A DNA stretch of 64,000 nt from Phoronis australis (Eukaryota; Animalia; Phoronida): positions 76,614 to 140,613 of the forward strand of contig NMRA01000412.1 in assembly GCA_002633005.1 (NCBI GenBank). The letters run 5' to 3'. Numbering within the stretch: the stretch's first letter is position 1; each line of letters starts with the position of its first letter. Positions 12,601 through 27,600 of the stretch are shown here, in pieces. The position numbers and the translations under genes were made by a program. Under the pieces are notes generated by a model. That model was not told where the DNA came from, searched no databases, and was given only the letters and a program-made list of their open reading frames with translations.

Positions 12601-15600
12601 CAGATTGTGGGTCACCCATGCTAATCAATTCACACTGCTGAAGAAAACCTAGTATTCTCTAATTTCTTTCACATTGATTTTAAAAATTCAAAGATGGCTA
12701 ATATGTACTTTTTGATTTTAAAAACAATCACGTTTGCTGTTTGCCATTGTTCACTCTTTTACTTGACGTATGCTCAACAGGCGCGTTGATTTACGGCCAC
12801 AATTATCTCATCCAGCACATTCTGCCAAGCCCATGAATTGTGACTAGCTCACTTCAGTCTGTGACGGTGCCTATGATGTGATCAATACTGTGTCTTGCAA
12901 TTCATCTAGTGATGATCTACACTCTATAGTCAATGCACTTCTAAAATATTGTTTAGTTCTAATGACATGCTCTCCGCCATTTCTAGTTTTTACACATCCC
13001 AAAATCAAAAGGAACTCGGTGGTCTTTCATTCAGACCTCGCATCAAGATTCCAACGATTGAGGTAAGTCTTTCATTCACACTTGTCAATATAGAGCTTAC
13101 TGGTTTAAAATATATGAGCAGTAGAGTACCTTACTGTGATTTGAGAACAGAATTGTTCAGAGAATGATACAAGCTCATCATTTTATTGGCATGGATGTTG
13201 TCTTTAAGGAACATGTTTAAAAAAGAGTGCTTACCTTTAAGATGTACTAGTCAGAGTTGTTTTATCCATTATTTTCAAGATGGCCGCTATTGTATATGAT
13301 TAGTTAAATCAGTTTTTAACCTTTGACCCGGACAGTGCATGTGACATGTTAACTGAATCATTTTAATTAAAGCTACATTTTGTCCTGTTTAGTTGGCTAA
13401 AAAATGAAAATTGCATTTGGCCTTTTGATTGGTCTCGAAATTTTCCTTATGGTGATTGGATTCTACTTCCGTTCACAACAGAACATCACAACAAACAACG
13501 ACTTAAAAATGCATTAGTCTCCACGAAGTTCTGTACTAATTTACAAACAATCCCGGGTCCTCCAGTGTGCCGGAAACCATCTGAGAACGGTTACCATTAC
13601 AGTTTCGTGAAAGTCTCGTTTTGTGAGAATATGTAAATGAGTATGGTAATATTTTATTGTTACCCTAATGAAACAAGGCACAGTTATTATCATTTGTTTA
13701 TTTTACTCAAATGATAAAATAATGTTTGCACCTCTTGTTCTTAAGTGTTGTGGTGTTTTCTTGAGATCCGCAACTGATGTGTTCCTGATGAGAAGGCCAT
13801 GACTGACGTTGACTGTCGGACGGGTCCGACTACTGTGTCGCCCCTGGTGGCAATTTTTTTTTCATCTGCGGTCGAATCTCCTCAACTCTTTGAAGGAGCT
13901 TTATGAAGTTTGAAAGATGTGTTCGTATCGAGCTGACTACAAAATGGTAACAAGTGTTACTGATCCAAATACCACAGACAGTGCCCCCTAGTGGGAAAAT
14001 GTTTTATAAATTTGCCTCTATTTTTGGATTTCAGTATAATATAAGCTATTTTGATCATGAAATTCAGAAAATAGGCTCTATTAAGGAGACGATAATGCCT
14101 TCCCATTTTCAGACTTGATGGTTTCTGGGCCGCTTTCGTGGCCATTTAAAATTTTTTGACGTCTGCCTCTCCATCTGCCAAACCTCTCAAAGGGTTATGA
14201 AATTTTAGGATTGTATTCCTGATGTGAAGATGCCGGCTGACATTGATTTTCAAATGTTTACGACTATTCTCTGCTGCTCCTTAGGAGCAATTTTTGCTTT
14301 TTTGCATTTATGGGCTGTATCTCCTTAACCCTTTGAAGGATCTTTTCAAAATTTGGGGGATAGGCTCCTGTAGAGATGGCAACAGTTGACAATGAGTTTC
14401 AGACCAATTGAACTATAGTGTTATGCCCCCTAGTTTTTATTGTTTTGTTACGTTTGCCTCTATATCATAGAAAATTTGGTAAATAATTGATATGTATTAC
14501 CATCTCAGTTGGATGGATTTAACACATTCTGCGCCATCCAATGGCCATTTTATGATTCTAAGAACACCCATAAAAGCACACCGGGGCTGTTGTGGGTGCA
14601 TTTCAATGCTCCGCCTTGCTCTTGTTTAGCCAGCTAAACAAGGCGAAGTTAAGCTTCAACAAGTAAATTTTGATTTGCAATTCTTAGTAATGTCCAATTG
14701 TAAGTCTTGTAATTTGACATGTTGCATTGTCAGTTCTAGCGCTTATGTTCACTGATTTGTTCTCTCTGACCTGTAGGCTCCTTCCCTTGAGAAGATCAAA
14801 CAGCCTGACGTTGAAGAGGTAGATAACTTACCTTTTGTTGATTTTGACGACTATGACGCACAAGTGTTCAAACTGAACTCAAAGGTAGTAAAGACAAAGT
14901 AAGTCATTTGAGAGATTTTACTTATGGTCAGTTGATTAGAAATCGAGTCCCTTATTTGTGGTTAAAGAGTTTTCATTTTGAGATGGAGCAGTATTCTTGA
15001 CGTGCATTTGTCATCAACTAAGCAGAATGTCTGAATGTTATTCTCCAACCGATTGGAATGTCCAAATGTTGCTTGGTTCTGTTAACCAATAAGAAGTCAT
15101 GAATTACATGATCCTTTCACAGTGCTGCCCCCTTTAGACTGTAAAAGAGTGGAACTCCTTCATCACTCCGTCCCATCTCACTCACTTCTGTCTTGACTTA
15201 CATATTGTTTGTTATTATATTATTTCTCTGACTTTCAGACTGAAGAATCACAAGGCTCCTCCCGCTAGTCTACTCCACTTCAGACCACCCCGTACTCGCA
15301 CCATTTCTGACGAGACGTTCATCAAGTCATTGCACAGTAAACTGGACAAGTCCAGCAAGCCGGCACACCGAGCCATCTCACCTGCCATCACAGTACCTCA
15401 ACGTGTGAAAGATGAAACCATCTCCAACTCTGTGGGATCCATTTCAATTCTACCTGGCTGTGAGCTTTAAACCGTTTCTGTTTGCCTTTAGTTCAGTAAT
15501 CTTTTGAAATGAGCAAAAGACCGTAGTGCAGTTGTGACATAGTGTAAAAGGTCAGTGTTGTTAACCCATTTCATTTTCAAAGACCATGCTTCCCTTTTAA

Positions 15601-18600
15601 AGGCTTGTTTGGTTTTGAAAAACGTTGAAACGTGTTGTAAATTGCTGGAGGTTATCAGTGCAGGCAGTGTTTCGCATTTCCTAACTTATTTTCAGAGCTT
15701 GTTTGCACGTAATAGTCAGATGTTGAACATTACCGGATGACTGTGAACAATGAAACATACGCACAGCATTTGTATTGTTTAAAGCCATGTCACTGTTATT
15801 GTGCTCAGTAAAAGTGACTGCAAATGTTTTCAGTGTTGACTAAAATTCAGATCTCGGTGGTAGAAACATATTTCAGCTTTGTTGAGTCGATCGTTGTGTT
15901 TCCTCATTGGAAATAGAAAGGCATATTGTTGGGCCAATGACATCACTCTGCTATCATTGCACAGTTAATAAGGGCCAGCGTGTTGATCATTACACTGCTC
16001 ATTGAAAGTGATAGTAGAATGTGAGTACTGGAATGAGATACCATCCGAAAATTGATTGTTGAACGAACATGTCAGTTTGCTATTGGTAATTATTATAGTG
16101 TTAGTGCCAGAAACTAAGATTTGTATTTTTTAGGAAAATGTAGAACAAAAAGGTTGATTTTCCGTCAAACTATTCAGTTATCTAATGCTTACACTGTTCT
16201 TGTACTAATGCCTTAGTTATGTCGTTCTTTAGCACCTGAAGATCCTGACTCTTGTGGTTCATCAGACAATGAAGCAGTCTCTACGGATCGTCACGTGGTG
16301 GGCAGTGCCGGGTCAACGGGTCACTTGTCAGGTTATAGCTTGCACAACATGAAGCCCAACCGTGCACTTATTAACCCCTTTGCTCCATCCAGGCTCAGGT
16401 TTAAGCTCACATCCAACAGAAGGCGCTGGGTGCATACTTTCCCACTAGGTAATTCGACGGAAGACGCTTAATAGGCATAATTTCTTGTAATTTAAATTTG
16501 TTTTTCTTTCTTTTTGTTAAAATTGATGCAATTATTGATTATGTTTTTGCGGTTCCAAAATCTGTAGTTAATGATAATTATCATAGTTCTCTGTGTGTTG
16601 ACGAGAAAATAAGGAAGTGAAGATAAAAAATGCTTGAAGTCTGGAGACAGCCGAGAATAAGAATCATGGAAATTGAGAATTTGCTAAATTATTTAGTCAG
16701 TAGCAAGGACTTTGCTCTTACATTGCCAACTCTCAAAAAGAAGAGCTGTAGTTGTTTGGAATGCAAGTTTGTATTTACTGGTCCCTCTAGTTTTATGCTA
16801 AAAAGGTATCTTGTACCAAATAAGAAAAACAACACTGTTGCCTGGTATTCCAGGTGGCCTGATGTCTTGTGGTTAGACTGTGTTAACTGTCTTCCATGAC
16901 CTATGATCTCATGTCATGATGATATACAAGCAAAAGTTAGATATTTAATCTGTAACTTTTTAATATAACTTTTTTGTATTCTTTAAAATATAATAATTGT
17001 AATTGCACCCTAAGAAGAATTTGCTAATCTGCATAACACCTGAATTTTCACTCACTGCCTTGCATCCATCCATTACAATAACTGAGCTAAGGGCAGTGCT
17101 CTGTTCTATCTTTACTGAGACCATCAATGCACGCAATGATGTTTTAATATAAGAACACCACAGCTTCATGCACATGGCCTATAAAATTAATTTGAAAGAA
17201 AGTCAAACTCTTCTGCTTGTCATGATTGCAACTGTGATGCAGTAAAGGGAACAAAGCAAAGGGTATTGCATAAAGAGGCACCGTTATACATTTTGTACAC
17301 CACTTGTGATTGAATGGGGGGTTAATGTTGTTCTCAGCTATGAGTAGAATGAACAGAAAATCAGGTGGCATAAAAATATATGCTATTTATATCCTACAGT
17401 AGTTTGTATTTTTCATTAATTTTGCAATCTTCATTGGGAGAACTTTTGCAAGAAATGTAATTCATAACTGTGGAACTTTTTGGTAGCTGCAAGTGTGCAG
17501 TTCACATAAGTAGGTCGGTGTTTAGGAGACCATATTTATTATGTATCCAGTCATCGTTTTCAAATAATGCTTAAAATCATTTAAAAAGTAATGTTTGCTC
17601 TGAAATACCATCAATTTTTGACAGCAGTAGAACATGTCTGAAAAACTAAATTGTGTATTTTATTCAAAATAATGATTTGTGGTCATCATGTAACATAGAG
17701 TTGACTGTGCATTCTGGTTTGTCATGTACAACTTCTCTCTGGATTTAGTGTTTGGTTTGACCGTTTCTTGCGGTTACAGACATCCAGGGGCAGGCCATAC
17801 AGCCTCACCACCAACACAGGTCCAGCAATAGTTTCAGTGAAGAAGATCCCCTTGAACTGAGCGGTTCACCGGCCAGAGAAAAGATGATAAGAGTGAGTTT
17901 AACTCTGGTTTTTCCTGACCATGTGGCCTGGGCATGTCTGATGCACTGCAAATGACATCAGACCACCTGCACTCTTTCTGTTTACTCCCTGGGGAGATGA
18001 GCTGGATTGAAGCTGCTATTAGGCCGCATTTTGTGGGAAAATGGCTTTTGGTTCAGAACACTTAAGACCATTGTAAAACTGCCCTCAACATGTTCTTTTG
18101 TCAAATTACAAATTACTTATTTGAGGGTTTGGAAAGAACTCTAACTGGCAGTTTCTTATTGCTGGAGACCCGGCTCACTACACTGGCATAACCCGACTGC
18201 TCATTTTATGCACTGAGCATGCCTTCAAACAATAAAGATGGGGCTATTCTTCCCAAGCCCTGAGGTCGTTTTTGTCTGAATAAGGAACAAGTTGAGAATA
18301 GTTTTATAATTATGCAATGTGGTTTAAAAATTAAGCCCAATTTACCTTTAAGTGATTGCTAGTGAAAGACAAGTGAAAATGTAGCACTGTCTAAGGATTG
18401 GCATATTACGGGGTATGTATGGCCAGGTTATACAAATTTGACGGAAATGTTGCAGGCTGCACAGAAGACTGTCGAGGCTCGCAAGCGACGGTCGCAAGCT
18501 GACAATGAGTACTTGTCGGAGAGTAAAGCACGTTCGGATGCCAGTGTATCATCACCAAGTTCCAGTGTTGGTGACATCAAATCACAGAGTACCAGCTATG

Positions 18601-21600
18601 ATGCAGTCTCAGTTGCTAGTGAGACTACCCTTAAGGGTAATCAGAGCTCCAACAGTCTGGTAGTCAATTTTGAGCTAGGACAAGGTAACTGAAATACTTG
18701 ATACTGATGACGTTGTTCTAATAGTTAGTTTTTCTCATAATTATCAATGGTAAATTTAGATATCAAAACGGTTGTCCACTGATTTTGTTGAAATTGTCTA
18801 GTTTCAGTCATAGTTACCATTTAAAAGGATTACACCAAACTCACCCATAATTGTTTTGCCACAAAATTTCACCAGTTTTTGATGAGAAGAGAATTATTTT
18901 TCCCAAAATCTTCACAGAGTTTGCCTGCCAGACTTGAGGTTAATAATTTCAAATTATTAACATTTTTGCTTTTTGTTTCCCTTCAGCCACCAATGGTGCC
19001 TCCAGCAGCTCAGTGGCTCAGTCCAGCAGGTCTAGTAGTCACCTGCGTCAGTCCAGTCATGATCACACCTCATTTGCCTGGGGTACTGGTGAACAGGAGT
19101 GGAGTCCCATGTTAGTCACTGGTCAGTTGAACTTGGTTGTTAATAACATAATGTTCATTAAAGACTGAAGCTTGGTTAGCTGCCACAAATTTGACATTTT
19201 TAATTTTCTTCGGGATTTATTTTGATTTTGTCTTTGATTAAAATGGTGATTAAATTATGAAGTGTTTATTTTTCACAAAGTGTTGTTTGGAGCCAGCCTT
19301 TTTCCGAGTCACTCCGTATTCTTGTGATTACTCTGTACAGTAAACACATGATTGACAGGTTAGAATGGTATCCACACTATTCCTTTGAGGTAGACAAATT
19401 GCGTATTACTGCTTCACCGTTCCAATATTGTGTATTTGTCACTTTGTAAGGCATGCAGAAACTTGGTTTGAGTTTATGGGCTTGGTTATCTCACTCGAAG
19501 CAGAATAAAACACCTTCAAAAAATGAATAGCAAAAAATTACGTGTTGATGGAAATACCAGCAAGACAGTCCATGGACAAGTTTTCTTCATGTTCAACTCA
19601 CAGCTGGACTAAGACACGAAAGTTGATGCATCTGTTACTGTAACAGTAACTCCTTTCAATATCAACCATTTGTCAGATATTCGACATGTTTTCGCTGTCT
19701 AGTTTTCAACTGTTAACATTGTTACCCACTTTCAAAACCATGGGACAAATTCCTGATTTACCTTTAACTTGACCTTCAAATATTTGTAACCTTTTTGTTA
19801 TTTAGTTTTACTACATGAAACGTGATACGGGCATTTTTATTGGCTTACAAAACATTGAACTGTCGAATCATCAGCTTTCATTGGCTAATAAATACTCATA
19901 TTTATCGCCACAAAATTTGCCTTGCTTCGGTTCATAGCAGTCACCATGTCGAGGAATTTGCATGGCATGTGTGTGAAAAATGATTCAGAAGTCAAAACGA
20001 CTGCCAGGCAATCCGTCTTCTAGGAACGTGTCCACCAAGGCTCACTGTTTCCCAGCTGCCTGGTCGTTGAATTCTACGAGTTGGAGGATCTGACCACATT
20101 CCTGTCAGTCCCACTCCCTTGGGAGGGCATGCACTTATCTTTATCTATCTATTTGACTTCATAGTTTGAAATCTGTCACCAGGATATTGGCCTGAGCTGG
20201 GATTTTTACCATTTAATATTTATCTGGAAACCCCAATTCTATAAATACACAATAGCCTTTGCTTAAGGGTCTTGTTTGTTAGTTCAAATAATAACTGCCT
20301 ATAAGCTTAGTGGCTGAAGTGCACCCCAACTTTCAGTTCCAGCCTCAGTAAAGAATATTAAATAAACTTTAGACTAAATACGACGATCAGAAACACAGTG
20401 TGTGCATTTTGCAACCTGCTCACGGTATTGCAGCTCCCAATTTTAAGAATTGTTATTTTAATCTATTAAAAATTTTGTTTTTCCCAAGATTGACTATTGG
20501 CTCAATATATCTTTATTACAGTATTAACAATTAAAAGTAAAATATTTGAAATTGACTAAAATGTCTTCAAAGAAAGTAATAGTCCAAATAAGGTGTTATA
20601 ACTCTCACCCAGTGATTTCTGTGTTGTAAGATCCTGGTATGTGTTTTATAGCTAAAGTCAGTGTTAAATGATTACAAAAGTTTTATAAAATCATGACTGT
20701 CAATAAAACATTGATGCTATTGTTCGTAAAACTATATGAGATACTGACAGACATATCAGGCATAGTCCTTACTCAGTTTCACCTCAGCTTGTATTTTGTT
20801 ATTTTGAGTTTCATTTGAATTGAAGTAGGGCTGTGCCAGTTTTATTGCATTTGGAACCCATTACATGTAAAATTGACCATGGGAGGATGATCATCCAAAG
20901 GTTGGACTTTACTAATGGAATACATGTTGAATTCAGTCCTGGTGCTTGTGCTGCTTGGTCACCTAGTACGTAATCTTTTAATGACACCTGATTATGTATG
21001 TTCTTGGTACCTTTTTACTGTTGGCATCCCAGACAGCAGACTCTCTTTGGTGTTGGCTGGTAATGGGGTAATGGAAACTTGCATTTCGGTTGAAAAAGTT
21101 GGGTTTTGGTTTGAATTTTCACCTGTATTAGGTCTGCAATGAGTGCTTTATTGACCCTAACCCCTTATCAATTGTGTTGGGTTATTGCATGGTAGTTTAC
21201 AGACTATAGTTTTGCTCTGATGCTGTCTGATATCAATTTTTTTTTAATTATTCTACTCGAACCTAAAGACTGGTTTTGCTCGTTATGCGTAGGTATGGAT
21301 TGGAAGTCGATGACAATCCCAGCCACTCTCCCCATCACCACGGATTACTTCCCAGATGAAGCCAGTCTACAGAATGAGTTCGTCTACAACGACTACACCC
21401 TAATTCCTGACGATATCAACCAGTGAGTAGGCATGCTGAAATATTAAACCAAGCTGTATTAATAACACTGACTCGTTCTCTTGGACGCTTAGATTACAGG
21501 TGGCATGATTTCTTTTACTGGGCAGAAATGGAAACAATAAGTTAAATGAGGGAGACGTTAGTCAAACAAATACTTGCATTATTGTGACTCATGTGTGTAA

Positions 21601-24600
21601 CCCAGATGCTAAGTTCAAACTTTAAATTCCTTGAAAAGATGCCAAAGACCTGTTTCAAATACTAGATATGACATCCACAACACATTGTTTGGCCTCTTAC
21701 TGGACTTTACAAAAAGTACATGCAAACTATGAAATTCCTTTTCTGTGTCATGACGGGAAAAGACGCATTGTGGCATGTCATTTCAGCTACTCCTAAAAAC
21801 GATCAGTGAATTCTGCTTTCACTCAGCCATCATGACAGGGTATGCTGGCTGCATTCAGTTGTTTGCACGGGGAATTCCGGGTGACTTTGATTTTTTTGGG
21901 CATTTCTTGTTCGTAACTGGTTGAGTGTTGTTTTCTGTGTGCTCACTAGGTGGTGTGCTTGTCAAATTTGATTGATTTGTAAACAACTATCAGGAACAGG
22001 GATGCATAGTGAAGGGTACAACCTGCCATGAGAAATTACTTCTAGTAGGCAAAATTACCTCAGATTATTTCATTGTCCTTGTGTTGACATCTTCCTCAGG
22101 GATGTTGTGTTTTACAGCCAGGTGGCATGGAAAAACAGTACATTGAAGACCTTGAAGAAATTCAAAATTTCCTTAGCCTTGAAAGCTGTCAATACCTTCC
22201 AAAAATATCTAGTGTGCTTAAAAGACAAGCGTGAGCTTGACGACATGAGTGGAGTTACTTGATAAAAAATAAATTCTTTCTGCTTTGTGTAACGCTATTT
22301 ATGTGAGTGAAACAGTTTTAACATCATCAACAAGTGCATGTTGAGGCAGCAGCTAGCAACAAGAGTTAAATAAGCCAGCTGTATTGGATCACATCAACAT
22401 GAACAAGTATATGTCTGGTTAGTCAAACTTAGCCCTGCATGGCATGGATGCAGTGCATCACGAGAGAAACATTGGAGAGTCAATGTTGATGAGGGTGGTC
22501 CCAGTGTAATTCTGTACACAATGCATTGAATTTCATGCTGCTCAGCGGGAAAACTCAACATCACTGGGGAAGATGTCAGCCACAGGGCAACGTAATTATC
22601 CGAGATAATTTTATCTAGCTGTTTCTTGTCTTAGGTGAATGTGAATCATGCTGTTCACAATTATGATTGCTGTGTGAAGTTCACTGAATATTACTCATTT
22701 TTGCCAATTGGGGGCGGTGAGAATATGCAGACTCTTAAATCATGTGGGGTGTTGTAGATGAACTCTTTTTCTAATTATGAATCAAGCAAGATGATTTGAG
22801 AAAATTTTGAGATATTGGTATTTTTTTGTTTTTCTTGTGTGTATTCCAGATTTAACAAAGACTCAGAACGGAAGTCGTTAACACCAAGACAAGTGTTTGA
22901 TGAGCTCATTTATTCCAGGTTGACTTTAGTAAGTTATTCAATATTGATTACATAGCCAGCTGATTCCCTACATTAAGTTGAACATTTAGTGGATTTTTTT
23001 GCTAAAAACTCAAATGGCTTGCGTTTTACATTTTAAAGTTGTCAGTTCTCTGAAATATCTTCTTAATTGATTTCAGTTATGTGACAAATATTTATCATTT
23101 CATGCATTTGATTTTCAGCACTTTCAGCAGTGAATTAGTTTTGCACAAAGGTCATACATTTCACTTAATTAATGGTGAAGGCAAATGTGTCTCAAATTTT
23201 TCATAATTATTTCGTTTAATTAACAATTATAGTTATCAGTCGCAAAAGTAAAGACTTGTGACAACATGGCTGATATCTCTGTTGCTTGATGGTAAATGGA
23301 AATTGAAAAGAAGTAACCCACAGTTTAGGTGTTATTAAAAACTCATGCTCAAAGCTGCAAATTGTAGTTTTTACAACAAAATGACAAAATCACTTGATTA
23401 TAAACGATTGTGCTACATTTTGATGCATGGATATAATATTCTTCAGTTATTGAGGATTCAGGAAATCTTGAGATTTTAAAATAAATAGTTAAAAATTGGA
23501 ATGAAAAAACTAAAGTTGACAAACACTGAATAAAAAAGATTAGACAAATCTATTCAATATAGTTTAGTCCGAAACAGAGCGAACCTGAGTGTTCACAATT
23601 TTATGATTTGCTTCATTCTGTTGCCCAACACTGTTTTCATCAATAGAATTTGAGGACTTGCCAACTTCTTTTTGAAAGCTGCGGTCCTGTTATTTGAAAT
23701 AACTGTGTGTGTGTTAATCGCCTTAGCTTCAGCCAGTCACAAAATTTGTAGTCAGAATTTGCAAACTGTACGCAAGGACGTTTTGTGTTCATGTAATTAT
23801 TTTCTCATAATACTTTGTTTCACAATGGCGTATACTTTATTTAATGCTAAATGAAAATATATTTTTCTGTTTGAAATTAGTAAAATTTTTGTGTAAAATT
23901 TTGTTGGCTACTAGCAAATTTAGTACGTTTTGCTGATTTCTTTAAGATATACACCACGACATCAACAAATTAAACTAAGGGTCTTACCAATTCTTTTTGG
24001 GTGTGTTTTTGTTTTTGTTTTGAGCACGCCAGTGACCTAAATGCAGCTGTAACACTGTAAACTACTCGACCATCTTTCAGGGTTTTCAAATCATCATTCC
24101 ACCCAAACTGAAGTCACCCTCGCGAGAGTCCGATCTCAGTTCTAGTCCAAGTTACAAACATGCCTCAGGGTTGATGAGAGCAAGGTCAAGGGTCACGCAG
24201 TCGGTAGGTTATAATTCCTGTTTTAGTTATAAAAATTTTAAGTCAAAAGGTGTACAAAGGGCAACACAATGATAATACTGTGGATATTTTGTCTTGCTTT
24301 TTATTTGGCATGAAAGGCACCTTAAATTTTACAGTACAGTTTACAAGTAGTTTTTGTCAAATGGCCGCCTAACAGGTTGGAGGACAGTGAGGGGTAGTAA
24401 GCACCCAGCAGTGCAGATCATTTGGAGCATTTTCCCGGTCCTCTACTTGAAATCTGGACATCGCCCATTTGACAAAATATTCATGAACTCAGCTGCCCTA
24501 TTGTGATGAAGGTTAATTTTGTTTGGTTTGTACGACCAGAGTTGCAACCCAATTACCAACAAGGTGTTGAACTTTACATTTATTTGTCTAGGGACTGCCT

Positions 24601-27600
24601 CCATTCACAAAGACCTATCGTGTTTTTTTCCAAATAGGTGGTACTGTTACTTTTATGTACCTGTTAGTTTTTGAAGGACTTAAGAATTGATAATTTCGCA
24701 AATGGTGGCTGCATGATTTTTACAAATAGTTTTTCATTCACTCCAGGAGGAGTTTCTGATGAGTATTGGAACCATCTTCCAGAAGGTGAACCTGACAGGG
24801 CCGACGATTACCGTCACATGTTACAGGCCACGGTGAGTTGCTATGACGTGGCATGATTGGTTTCAGAATAAACTAACCTCACATCTACTCTGTTAAACTC
24901 TTCCAAGCATGTACAAACTGCTTGCAAGATTTATTTGGCTAATAACTCGTGACAAATTTCTGTCACATAGTATTTTTGTCCAGTTTTAGTCCTTGTGTAG
25001 CCTGTAATATTTCATTTATCAATAGACTTAAAACATTCATGGAGTAACACCTGTCATGATTTGGTCAAGTTTTACCGACAGTTGCAATGCATTCTATTAA
25101 AAAACAAAATTTATACATTTAGGCTCTGTTTTGTGGGTCCAAACTTAATCCTATTTCTACCTTGTATAAAACAACTATCGCACAATTTTTGCTGGTGTTT
25201 CATCGCACTTACAATCTTCCTCAGACACCCTTTGCCCAGCCGGGTTGTGCACTACGGTTACAGGTTCCAATGCCCCGACTCATACAGCTACGACATCTCC
25301 TGGGTAAAGTTCTGCTATGACCAGCTTGAGAACTACAACTGGAACTATCTTGATCACTACATCTGCACACGAGGTGAAGGGGACTATGGCCTCATGGAGT
25401 CACTCAAGTTCTGGAGAAGCCGTTTCTTTATTCTGCCACAAAATAACCCAGCCACTAAGAAAATCACCGATGGCTCACCTAGGTAGAATGAAGAGTTTAG
25501 TGCGATCTAGGTTTACTTAGAATTTAACTGAGGTTTGTTTCCTCTCCTGTGACCAGCTGTATATTATGTGACTCTAAATGCTTTATGTGCAATTTGACAA
25601 AGATTGTCTTTAACCAGATTAATGTAATTTACTTAGTGAAGTGAGGTCACCTGTCTTTGGAAAGTGTATAAGAGAACTTTTTCAGCTGCATCGAAGATGG
25701 AAACAAAATTTTGGGTGGCCTAACATTGCAGTGTAGTGTGCTGTCCACTTAACTAATTAACTGTTTCATTTGTCAAAAGATGATGACAACAGTCAAGAAA
25801 ATTGGCCTTCAATTGTTATGCACTGTGTAAACTGAATATCGTTGACGATATTGCAAAAACTGCAGCACATATTGGTTTGGTGTTGGTTGTAAACCGAATG
25901 CAACAAAATATGGTCACTTCAAAGTGGAGTTTCTTAAAAAATCCAGGGGTGGTTGTTTAGTTGAATACGGGTAGCAACTATAATTTAGCTATTGCTGCAG
26001 AGTTAAACTGTTGAAGCTTGGTGATTTTTTCATTTTTAAATGTTTTGAACTGATGTAGGTGTGACCTGTATGAAGAGAAGAGTGAGACTGAAAAGAGACA
26101 GTTGATCGAGAATTTCCTTCGGTTTGTCGAGAGCTTGAATAAAATACGCCGTCCTGCACACCATGCCAAAACAAAGGTGAGTTGAAGTCACGTGACAACA
26201 GATCAAGTTTATAACCAAAGTTTACCACAGGTCAAATGTTGATTCTAACATAAATATAGCACTGGCCAAACTTATTTCAGAGCTGTTCTGAGCATGCTTT
26301 GCACTGTCGTAGAATCTGCATTGCTGTTTAGGCTCAGACAAAATGCAATTGACACATCTGAAATCATTGTGTGTAGGGGCCAACACTGGTTTTTGAAACT
26401 TTATTAAGTAACTGACACTTGTACAATGAATTCTACAAACAATTTGCCCAATTTCTGATAGTTATTACTTTAATTTTCTCAAATCTATTTTTCACAGCAG
26501 CGGCCCTCAAGTGTCAAACAAAGTTCTACTCCTGAAAAATTAGAGTCTAAAAATGAAGATGGGAAAAGTAAAGGAGCCAGTAAAAGTGAGGTAAACTTGC
26601 TTTGTCAGTCAGTGATTGACCTACTTTTACCCTGCCTGCTATGATTTCAATTTTACGATGTTTATTTCACTGGCATGGTTACTGTACATGGTACATCAGT
26701 CAAAAGTTGAGTACAACGCATTTCGAAAGTAATCAGAAAAAATGACCCAGAATTGCTTGTCATAACAGCTTGCTGAAAGTGGGATTCATTGTCATAGAAG
26801 GCGTCTGCCATGACGAAATAACAAGATTATAGTTAACACATGAAGGTGTAATTGGTGCTCTATAGACAGTGATTTTTACTAGCCATTATTGCACCAAAAG
26901 TATAATATTTTGTCTGATTACTTTTTACGTACACTCGATTTCATAGCTTAAAGCCAAGATTGACTGAATTTTTGTAATGAAAGTGTCAGTTTTGTAAATA
27001 GTTTTATTTGGTTTGTAATCCAGCATCCACCAATGGTCACCCAGTCAACATCAGATGTCGCTAGTATCACCATGTCTTATCTTGACCGAGATAAGCTCGC
27101 AGCAGATCAGGCAAACAGTGAGAGGTTTGTAGTTTAAGGTTATTAAGAAGGTTCCCTCAGGATAAATATCCAAATTTGTGTAAATTTGGAACATATCTCA
27201 GAAATGGCTGATCGGATTAATGTCAAACTTTCAGATACTATGCTTTATGCACTGTTCTTTAAAACGTTTTTTGGAATTATTTTTAAAGTGTTCCACTTTT
27301 GCAGGCAAGGCTATCAAAATTGAAATTTCATGGTGTTTATAAAAAATCCTGTTGGCTTCATTTCATGCACAATCATGAGGCATTTTCTGTTTTGTAGTTA
27401 GAATATGATAACCTTCATGTTTCTTTGGCTATGACATCAGAGGTTCAGTTCAAGTGACATAGTATAAGCCTTAAGACATCCAATGGTTGATGATTCAGAA
27501 GTTGATGTAAAAAATGAATGTCACTGGCAGTGTGACTGAATGATTTTAAAATTTAGGAACACATGGTTTATGTGTCATGTGTTCATTCAGTTGGCAGATC

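Noticed and set aside
21220-21292. Upstream in-frame extension KDWFCSLCV of the DEPDC5 exon, reminiscent of vertebrate GFCCTV
   Set aside because: The preceding exon ends [15 protein letters not shown] in phase 1 and joins cleanly at the AG at 21291-21292; the extension reads as intron with a pyrimidine tract
27487-27540. TGATGA...CTGA as a C/D-box snoRNA
   Set aside because: Only about 52 nt, imperfect C box and no terminal stem
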